From positions 405,972 through 429,971 of the forward strand of contig NZ_JODS01000002.1 in the NCBI RefSeq assembly GCF_000718025.1: a stretch of 24,000 bases of DNA, in the 5' to 3' direction. Position numbers and translations under genes: made by a program. Positions 14,323-20,411 of the stretch are shown piece after piece. How positions within the stretch are numbered: the stretch's first letter is position 1; every line of letters starts with the position of its first letter. The notes beneath the pieces were generated by a model. It was not told the origin of the DNA. It did not search any database and saw only the letters and a program-made list of their open reading frames with translations. The stretch comes from Kitasatospora purpeofusca. Its GTDB lineage: Bacteria > Actinomycetota > Actinomycetes > Streptomycetales > Streptomycetaceae.

Positions 14323-14937
14323 GTGCACGCGATGCAGTACGAGATCACCCTGCCCGCCGACTACGACATGCGCACCGTCCACCGCCGGATCGCCACCAAG
14401 GGCCCACTGCTGGACAGTTGGCCCGGCCTCGGCCTCAAGGCGTACCTGGTGCGCGAACGCGGCCTGGACGGTTCGCCGGTCAACCAGTACGCGCCGTTCT
14501 ACCTCTGGCGCACCACCGAGGGCCTGAACGCCTTCCTGCTCGGTCCCGGATTCCGCACCCTCTGCGCGGACTTCGGCCGCCCCGCCGTCCGGCACTGGAT
14601 CGGCGCGGGCCTCCGCCGGGGTCCGGCGGCGGGCGCCCCCGCGGCCGACGGCCCGGCCGCGGTCGGTCCGGCCGGTCCGGTCGCCGCCACCAGGCTGACG
14701 GAGCGGCTGCCGGAGGGCGCGGACCCGGCCGAGGCCGTCGAACGGGCCCTGGCCGAGCTCCCCGACCACCCCGACCTGCACACCGCCGCCGTCGCCCTCG
14801 ACCCGGCCCGCTGGGAACTGCTGCGGATCGCCCTCTGGCGCGCGGACGCCCCGGCCGGGGCGCCCGGCACCCGCTACCGGGTGCACCACCTCTCCAGCCC
14901 CGAACTCGACCGGCTGCCCGTCGGCCGCCACTGGTGA
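14323..14937 (+). CDS. DUF4865 family protein
   Basis: ...MQYEITLPADYDM..V..RIATKGPLLDSWPGLGLKAYLVRERGLDGSPVNQYAPFYLW... matches my recollection of the DUF4865 N-terminal signature. GTG 14323 has GGAG 6 nt upstream; ATG 14332 is the alternative start. Confidence 0.7.
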   Translation: MHAMQYEITLPADYDMRTVHRRIATKGPLLDSWPGLGLKAYLVRERGLDGSPVNQYAPFYLWRTTEGLNAFLLGPGFRTLCADFGRPAVRHWIGAGLRRGPAAGAPAADGPAAVGPAGPVAATRLTERLPEGADPAEAVERALAELPDHPDLHTAAVALDPARWELLRIALWRADAPAGAPGTRYRVHHLSSPELDRLPVGRHW

Positions 14938-15473
14938 AAGGACCGTCCCGTCCCGTGAATTCGGCAGCCACCACCCCGACACCGCCCGCCGACCGCCCCC
15001 TCGACGCGGGCCTGGTGCCCTCCCCGTTCGACCGCGCCGCCGGCCACGCCCTGCTCGCCGAACTGGCCGGTGAGCGGACCCGCTCCGGCACGCTCGGTCC
15101 GCTCGACGAGCTCGCGCCGGGCTTCGCGGACTGGATCGTCACCGCGCTCTTCGGCGGCACCTACCAGCGGCCCGGACTCGCCCTGCGGGACCGCCAGGTG
15201 GCCAACCTGGCGGCGCTCACCGCGCTCGGCGGCGTGGAGCCGCAACTCGCCGACCATGTGCGCAACAGCCTGCGGATCGGCCTGACCAGGACGGAGGTCA
15301 CCGAGGTCCTGGTCCACCTCGCGCCCTATGTCGGCGTGCCCAAGGCGCTGGCCGGACTGCGCGTCGCCGCCGCCGTTTTCACCGAGACAGAGACAGAGAC
15401 CGAGACCGAGACCGAGGCGGAAGCGGCCGCCGCCGCTGCGGGGGCGCCCGGGACCGGGGAAGCGGCGGAGTGA
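14934..15473 (+). CDS. Carboxymuconolactone decarboxylase (CMD/AhpD-like) family protein
   Basis: ...ELAPGFADWIVTALFGGTYQRPGLALRDRQVANLAALTALGG.EPQLADHVRNSLRIGLTRTEVTEVLVHLAPYVGVPKAL... is the CMD-domain pattern. GTG 14934 overlaps the upstream stop (GTGA); GTG 14955 is the alternative. (TE)n(EA)n repeat at the C-terminus. Confidence 0.8.
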   Translation: MKGPSRPVNSAATTPTPPADRPLDAGLVPSPFDRAAGHALLAELAGERTRSGTLGPLDELAPGFADWIVTALFGGTYQRPGLALRDRQVANLAALTALGGVEPQLADHVRNSLRIGLTRTEVTEVLVHLAPYVGVPKALAGLRVAAAVFTETETETETETEAEAAAAAAGAPGTGEAAE

Positions 15474-16390
15474 ACGCCCCCGGCAGCCGGGTCCGCACCG
15501 TCCTCGGCGACCTCGATCCGGCCGAACTCGGCGTCTGCGACGCCCACGACCACCTCTTCCTGCGCAGCCCCAGGCTGCCGGGGGAGGAACTGGACGATCC
15601 CGCCGCCGCCGAGGCGGTGCTGCGGGGCTTCGCGGCCGCCGGCGGCCGGGCGTTCGTCCAGTGGACGCCCGCCGGGATGGGGCGGCGGGCCGACGCGCTG
15701 CCCGGACTCTCCCGGGCGACCGGGGTCCACCTGGTCGCGGCCACCGGGCTGCATCAGGCGGTCCACTACGACCCGGCGGAACTCGACCGGCGGTACGAGG
15801 GCCTGGCCGCCTTCTTCACCGCCGAGCTGACCACCGGGCTGCGGGGTGCCCCCGAGGGCGTCCGCGCCGGACTCGTCAAGGTGGCGGGCGACTACCACGG
15901 CCTCGACCCGCACACCCGCCGGGTGATGGCGGCGGCCGCCGAGGCGCACCACGCCACCGGCGCGCCGATCGCCGTGCACCACGAACTCGGCACCGCCGCA
16001 CCCGATGTGCTCGACCTGCTCTGCGAGCGCCTCGGCGTGCCGCCCGAGCGGGTGGTGCTCGGGCACCTCAACCGCTTCCCGGACCTCCGGCTGCACCGCG
16101 AACTCGCCGCCCGCGGCGCCTTCGTGGCCCTGGACGGTCCCTCGCGGGCCAACCACGCGACCGACCACCACCTCTTCGACACGGTGGCGGCCCTGGTCGA
16201 GGCCGGGTACGGCGACCGGGTGCTCCTCGGCGGCGACACCACCACCCGTACCGCCCGTTCCGCCCCCGGGCCCACGCACCTGCTCACCGCCCTCGCGCCC
16301 CGGCTGGCCCGGGCGTTCGGCCCCGAGGTCCCGCACGGCATCCTCACCGCCAACGCGGCCCGGGCGTTCGCGGTGGAGTGGCGGGGCTGA
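15470..16390 (+). CDS. Phosphotriesterase-family (PTE/PHP, amidohydrolase-fold) protein
   Basis: 306 aa. GTGA overlap with the CMD gene. N-terminal metal motif ...GVCDAHDHLF... (HxH), ...GLVKVAGDYHGL..., ...PIAVHHE..., ...VLGHLN..., ...LLGGD... are spaced as in PTE-related proteins. Confidence 0.8.
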   Translation: MNAPGSRVRTVLGDLDPAELGVCDAHDHLFLRSPRLPGEELDDPAAAEAVLRGFAAAGGRAFVQWTPAGMGRRADALPGLSRATGVHLVAATGLHQAVHYDPAELDRRYEGLAAFFTAELTTGLRGAPEGVRAGLVKVAGDYHGLDPHTRRVMAAAAEAHHATGAPIAVHHELGTAAPDVLDLLCERLGVPPERVVLGHLNRFPDLRLHRELAARGAFVALDGPSRANHATDHHLFDTVAALVEAGYGDRVLLGGDTTTRTARSAPGPTHLLTALAPRLARAFGPEVPHGILTANAARAFAVEWRG

Positions 16391-16419
16391 GCCCGGCCAC
16401 CGCCGTCCGGGGGCCGGGC
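16391..16419. terminator. Terminator-like hairpin directly after the phosphotriesterase-family gene stop
   Basis: 8-bp stem GCCCGGCC / GGCCGGGC with a 13-nt loop, starting 1 nt after TGA 16388-16390. No U-tract. Confidence 0.4.
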
Positions 16420-16430
16420 CCCGGAGCCCG

Positions 16431-16552
16431 CCGACGTCACAAGGCCGACGTCACAAGGCCGACGTCACCAAGCCAGCGCCACAAGGCCGACGTCACCAAG
16501 CCAGCGCCACAAGGCCGACGTCACCAAGCCAGCGCCACAAGGCCGACGTCAC
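16431..16552. repeat. 14-bp-periodic tandem array (about 8.7 units): 2 x ccgacgtcacaagg, then 3 x the 28-mer ccgacgtcaccaag+ccagcgccacaagg, then ccgacgtcac
   Basis: Six copies of CCGACGTCAC (containing the GACGTC palindrome) at 16431, 16445, 16459, 16487, 16515 and 16543. The period is not a multiple of 3. The last copy overlaps the stop codon of the minus-strand SDR gene. Confidence 0.9.
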
Positions 16553-17313
16553 ATGTGGGTGCCGCCGTCGATCCGCAGCTCGGTCCCGGTGACGAACGCG
16601 CCGTCGTCCGAGGCGAGCATGGCGATCACACCGGCGACGGTCTCCGGCCCGGCGAAGCCCTGCCCGAGCGCGGGCGAGAGCTTGGCGAGCAGGCTGAAGT
16701 CGGCGTCCGCCGGCAGGCCCGGGTTGTTGGTCATGCCGCTGTCGATGCTGCCCGGCGCGACGCACACCGCACGCAGCCCCTGCTTGGCGTACTCGGCGGC
16801 GATCGCGTGGGTGAACGACTGGATGCCGCCCTTGGTCGCGGCGTAGGCGGCCATGTAGGGGTGGGCGAAGGTGGCGGAGGTGGAGCTGAAGTTCACCACC
16901 ACGCCCTTGCCGCCGGCGAGCAGCGCGGGCAGCGCCTCCCGGGTCATCAGGAAGGTCCCGGTCAGGTTGATCGCCACGATCCTGTTCCAGAACTCCAGGC
17001 TGGTCCCGTGGGTGTGGGCGGAGCGCAGGATGCCGGCAGCGTTGACCAGGACGTCCAGACCGCCGAGCGCGGCGACCGCCTCGGCCACGACGGTCCGAAC
17101 GGCGGCCTCGTCCGACACGTCCAGCACCGTCGTGGTGAGGCGGTCAACGGTGCCGTCGGCGGTGGCGCGGTCCAGGGTGGACTTCAGGCCGTCCTCGTTG
17201 ACGTCGACGGCGACGACCCGGCCGCCCTCGGCGAGGATCCGGTGCACGGTGGCCCGGCCGATGCCCGAGCCGCCGCCGGTGATCAGGACGTTCCGTCCGG
17301 TGAAGCGCTCCAT
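16549..17313 (-). CDS. SDR family oxidoreductase (short-chain dehydrogenase/reductase)
   Basis: 254 aa from ATG 17313 (GGAG 8 nt upstream). TGGGSGIG cofactor motif, NAAG, catalytic YxxxK (YAATK), ...VTGTELRIDGG... C-terminus. Confidence 0.9.
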   Translation of the reverse strand: MERFTGRNVLITGGGSGIGRATVHRILAEGGRVVAVDVNEDGLKSTLDRATADGTVDRLTTTVLDVSDEAAVRTVVAEAVAALGGLDVLVNAAGILRSAHTHGTSLEFWNRIVAINLTGTFLMTREALPALLAGGKGVVVNFSSTSATFAHPYMAAYAATKGGIQSFTHAIAAEYAKQGLRAVCVAPGSIDSGMTNNPGLPADADFSLLAKLSPALGQGFAGPETVAGVIAMLASDDGAFVTGTELRIDGGTHM

Positions 17314-17450
17314 GGTGGTTCTCCGTTCCGTTCGTGGTCTCTCGACCTCGCTGACACGGTACGCCTGAATGACACGTCGTGCCAAAAAGGCTCGACACGC
17401 CGTATCGACGTGAGATGCCACCGATCCCTTCGTCCGCGTACGCTGTGCCC

Positions 17451-18071
17451 GTGACCGGACGTCCGACCCTGAACCAGCGCCGCCGCGAGAGCACCCGGCT
17501 GGAGATCGCCCAGGCCGCGGCCGAGCTGTTCGCTGCCCGCGGGGCCGAGGCGACCACCGCCGAGGAGATCGCCACCGCCTCCGGCATCTCGCTGCGCACC
17601 TTCTACCGCTACTTCTCGGAGAAGGAGGACGCCGTCGCCCCGCTGCTCGCGGCCGGCGGCGAACGCTGGGTGCGGCTGTTCACGGAGAGCGCCTCCGACC
17701 TGCCGGTCCGCGAGGCGCTGGAGCGTTCGGCGACGGAGTCCCTGAGCCCGTCCGACGCGACCGCCGTCGAGGCCCTGCGCTGGACCCGCGACCTGCTGCG
17801 CGACCCCCGGCTGGCCACGGTCTGGCAGCGGGTGCACGCCGACTCCGAGGAGCGGCTGCGGGCCGCGATCGCCGACCGCTGCCCGCCCGGCACCGACCTG
17901 CTGGAGATCCGGCTCGCCGCCGCGGCCGCCACCGCCGCGATCCGGGTCGCCCTGGAGCAGTGGGCGCGCTCCGGCGCCCCGGCCACCGGACCCGGCTCGC
18001 CCCGCGAACTCGGCGCCCGCTGCATGCGCGAACTCACCGCCGGCCTCGACCTGTGGAGCCGCGTCAACTGA
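17451..18071 (+). CDS. TetR/AcrR family transcriptional regulator
   Basis: HTH ...RRESTRLEIAQAAAELFAARGAEATTAEEIATASGISLRTFYRYFSEKEDA.... Start uncertain: GTG 17451 lies 7 nt after a TACGCT -10-like hexamer and may be leaderless; ATG 17415 and GTG 17379/17445 are alternatives. Divergent from the SDR gene. Confidence 0.85.
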   Translation: MTGRPTLNQRRRESTRLEIAQAAAELFAARGAEATTAEEIATASGISLRTFYRYFSEKEDAVAPLLAAGGERWVRLFTESASDLPVREALERSATESLSPSDATAVEALRWTRDLLRDPRLATVWQRVHADSEERLRAAIADRCPPGTDLLEIRLAAAAATAAIRVALEQWARSGAPATGPGSPRELGARCMRELTAGLDLWSRVN

Positions 18072-18343
18072 CGCCGCCTCCGTCACCCGCTCCGCCGCAG
18101 CAGCCGCAGCGGCCGCAGCAGGCGGAGCAAGGGCCGGAAGCACATCCCCACGGCCCGCTTCTCCTCCTCAAGACCGAGGGCGTCACCGCTGGTCGGCGGG
18201 GGCGGGGGGCACTCCGGAGCGGCTAGGCTGGGTGGTCGCGCCTCGGCGACGGTGCCCCACTGCGGACGGGGGAACCGGGGCGGCCCTCCCGGGTGTCCTT
18301 CCCCCGGGGGCTGGGGAGTACGAGGCGTGGGAGCAAACACGAC

Positions 18344-19492
18344 ATGGGTCTGACGAGCCACAAGGTGCTGGCACTGACCGTTCTGATCGCCGTCGCGGCG
18401 ATGGTCGGGACGGTCTGGCTGTGGCCGAGACTGTCGAAGAAGAGCTGGAAGGCCGTCCTCGGCCGGATCGGCGCCCTGCTCGCCACCCAGCTGGCGGTGC
18501 TCGCCGCGCTCGGCCTGGTCGCCAACAACTACTTCGCGTTCTACAGCAGCTGGGACGACCTGCTGGGCACCGGGGACAGCGGGCCGGTGGTCATCCACAA
18601 CAAGGTGGACGCCTCCGGCCGGCTGCGCGTCGAGACCATCGGCCACGCCGAGGTGCAGGGCGGCGGCGCGCTCGGCCGCGACCGCGACAAGTCCGGCGAG
18701 ATCCGCGAGGTCCGCATCGACGGCGCCACCACCCGGCTCTCCACCGAGGGCTACGTCTACCTGCCGCCGCAGTACTTCCAGCCCGAGTACGAGCAGAAGC
18801 AGTTCCCGGTCCTGGTCGTCAGCACCGGCTTCCCGGGCATCGCCAAGAACCTCGTCACCCGCCTCAACTACCCGGGCGCGGCGCTGAAGCTGCTCCAGGA
18901 GGGGCGGATGCAGCCGACCGTGCTGGTGCTGGTGCGCCCCTCGCCCGCGCTGCCGCAGGACACCGAGTGCGAGGACGTCCCCAACGGCGCGCAGACCGAC
19001 GCCTACTTCGCCAAGGACGTGCCCTCGGCGATCCAGGCCACCTACCGGGTCTCCGCCGACCCGAAGGCCTGGGCGTTCATGGGCAACTCCACCGGCGGCT
19101 ACTGCGCGCTCAAGCTGGCGATGCGCCACCCCGACGTCTACCCGACCGCCGTCTCGCTCTCCGGCTACTACCAGGCGGCCGACGACCCGAGCACCGGCGA
19201 CCTCTACAACGGCAGCGAACAGCGCCGCAACGAGGCCGACCTGATGTGGCGTCTCAAGAACCTGCCGCAGCCCGCGATCTCCGTGCTGCTGGCCGGCACC
19301 CGGGAGGGCGACGGCAACTACCGGCGCGAGACCGAGGCGTTCGTGGCCGCCGCGCACGCCCCGATGAAGGTCTCCTACAGCATGCTGGAGGCCGGCGGCC
19401 ACAACTTCGAGACCTGGAGCAAGCTGCTCCCGTCCTCACTGGAGTGGATCTCCCAGCGTCTGACCGTCCCGGCCGCGAGCCCGTCGGCCTGA
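18344..19492 (+). CDS. Membrane-anchored alpha/beta hydrolase (putative esterase family)
   Basis: 382 aa from ATG 18344. Two N-terminal hydrophobic segments (VLALTVLIAVAAMVGTVWLW; IGALLATQLAVLAALGLV). Esterase-D/mycolyltransferase-like core with nucleophile elbow GNSTGG and ...YLPPQY...FPVL.... Confidence 0.8.
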   Translation: MGLTSHKVLALTVLIAVAAMVGTVWLWPRLSKKSWKAVLGRIGALLATQLAVLAALGLVANNYFAFYSSWDDLLGTGDSGPVVIHNKVDASGRLRVETIGHAEVQGGGALGRDRDKSGEIREVRIDGATTRLSTEGYVYLPPQYFQPEYEQKQFPVLVVSTGFPGIAKNLVTRLNYPGAALKLLQEGRMQPTVLVLVRPSPALPQDTECEDVPNGAQTDAYFAKDVPSAIQATYRVSADPKAWAFMGNSTGGYCALKLAMRHPDVYPTAVSLSGYYQAADDPSTGDLYNGSEQRRNEADLMWRLKNLPQPAISVLLAGTREGDGNYRRETEAFVAAAHAPMKVSYSMLEAGGHNFETWSKLLPSSLEWISQRLTVPAASPSA

Positions 19493-19537
19493 CCGTCCCT
19501 GCCGCCGGTCGGCCGGTCGGCCCGACCGGTACGGCCG

Positions 19538-19585
19538 GGCGTCCGTCCGGGAAGGCGTCCGTCCGGGAAGGCGTCCGTGCGGGCA
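19538..19585. repeat. 16-bp tandem repeat x3 (ggcgtccgtccgggaa x2, ggcgtccgtgcgggca)
   Basis: Direct reading, in the convergent intergenic region between stops at 19492 (+) and 19591 (-). Preceded by CCGGTCGG CCGGTCGG c CCGACCGG (19505-19529), which can form a short hairpin. Confidence 0.85.
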
Positions 19586-19590
19586 GGCGC

Positions 19591-19920
19591 TCAGGCCACC
19601 TGCTCCAGGGTGCCGGTGTGCAGCTCGCCGACCCGGCCGCCCTCGCCCTCGTACGTCCAGAACGCGCGGACCGTCATCCGGGCCAGGTCCATCACGTGGC
19701 TCACGGTGATGCCGCTCACCTCGGTCCAGCTGACGAAGTAGAGCTGCGGGCCGACCTCGGCGACGTGCAGGGAGACGTCCTCCCACTGGCCCGCCGACTC
19801 GCCGAGGCCCTCCCAGCGCAGCCGCTTGCCGTCGGCCGAGTACGCGTTGCGGAACGCCGCGCCGTTGTCGACCCGGAACAGGAAGGTACGGCCGGCGAAG
19901 GCGGGCGGGGACGCGGTCAT
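19591..19920 (-). CDS. Small MoaF-like / calycin-like hypothetical protein (109 aa)
   Basis: ATG 19920 with GAGGAG upstream. Good GC3 from there to the stop, while the upstream part of the 218-aa track ORF has poor codon usage. The pattern ...GRTF.F...G.....Y.ADGK.L.W......G.......V.EV.P.LYFVSWTE..G..VSHV.DL... resembles MoaF-domain proteins; the family call is tentative. Confidence 0.5.
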   Translation of the reverse strand: MTASPPAFAGRTFLFRVDNGAAFRNAYSADGKRLRWEGLGESAGQWEDVSLHVAEVGPQLYFVSWTEVSGITVSHVMDLARMTVRAFWTYEGEGGRVGELHTGTLEQVA

Positions 19921-20148
19921 GGCGGGGCGGGTCTCCTCGTCTCTGGACGTGCTGTCGTGGTGCTCGCTGCGACCCGGACGGTTCCGGACGCGGATGGATC
20001 TCCAACCTATCCGACCACCCCGCCTCCGTGGCGCACTTTCCCCGCCGGACCCGCCACCACGGCCACCGCGGCCCCCACGGCGACCCGGAACGGCCGCTCG
20101 GGAGCGCGGGGCGGCGGTGTGAGCTGCGCGACAACAGCCCCCGGAAGG

Positions 20149-20178
20149 TTGTCCGTGCGCGGACGGCCTGCCTAGCCT
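20149..20178 (+). promoter_or_regulatory. Candidate promoter TTGTCC-N18-TAGCCT for the riboswitch-GH16 transcript
   Basis: -35 TTGTCC 20149-20154 and -10 TAGCCT 20173-20178 (TANNNT), about 35 nt upstream of the riboswitch P1. The -35 sits in the right arm of the inverted repeat GACAAC (20130-20135) / GTTGTC (20148-20153). Confidence 0.4.
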
Positions 20179-20214
20179 GCAGAGGCTTCCGCCGCAGCGG
20201 AGCCCCGCCGTCGG

Positions 20215-20395
20215 GACGCCGAGTCCCGTCCACCCGCCGGCCGGCAATCGAGCACCACAGCGGACGGGAGCGGGGGACCCAGGTCAGTGCCCGGCCGCGC
20301 GCCCAGAGCGTGCGAGTCGCGGCTAGGGGTGAAGCCGCTCTCCGGACGGCCGGGCAACCTCGCGCCCGAACCCGACAGCTCACCTCGTAGGCGTC
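20215..20395 (+). promoter_or_regulatory. Cyclic-di-AMP riboswitch (ydaO/yuaA motif)
   Basis: Conserved cores are present in order: AGCGGGGGACCCA (20269-20281), GGGGUGAAGCC (from 20326), and CCCGAACCCGACAGCUCACCUCGUAGGCGUC (20365-20395). Compare the B. subtilis ydaO cores GCGGGGGACCCA, GGGGUGAAUCC and CCCGAACCCGUCAGCUAACCUCGUAAGCGU. P1 can form between GACGC 20215-20219 and GCGUC 20391-20395. A hairpin CCCGUCC/GGACGGG (20225-31 / 20262-68) precedes the first core, as in ydaO. Confidence 0.85.
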
Positions 20396-20411
20396 GCAGA
20401 GGACCACTGCC

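Noticed and set aside
16459-16542. The 28-bp direct repeats considered as a mini CRISPR array.
   Set aside because: The repeats abut one another with no unique spacers. The unit is a diverged 14-mer dimer and there are no cas genes, so this is a tandem minisatellite rather than CRISPR.
18072-18343. The 270-nt G-rich leader upstream of the esterase gene, inspected for a riboswitch or sRNA (contains TAGGCT and CCCGGG...CCCGGGGG pairings).
   Set aside because: No conserved riboswitch core that I recognise, no convincing -35, and the hairpins are low-information GC pairings.
20139-20247. A TTG-initiated N-terminal extension of the MoaF-like gene that would include the Gly-Cys-Cys-Arg codons.
   Set aside because: It has many A/T-ending codons and a Gly/Arg-rich junk translation, and there is no SD. 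The SD-led ATG at 19920 gives a compact 109-aa protein with good GC3.
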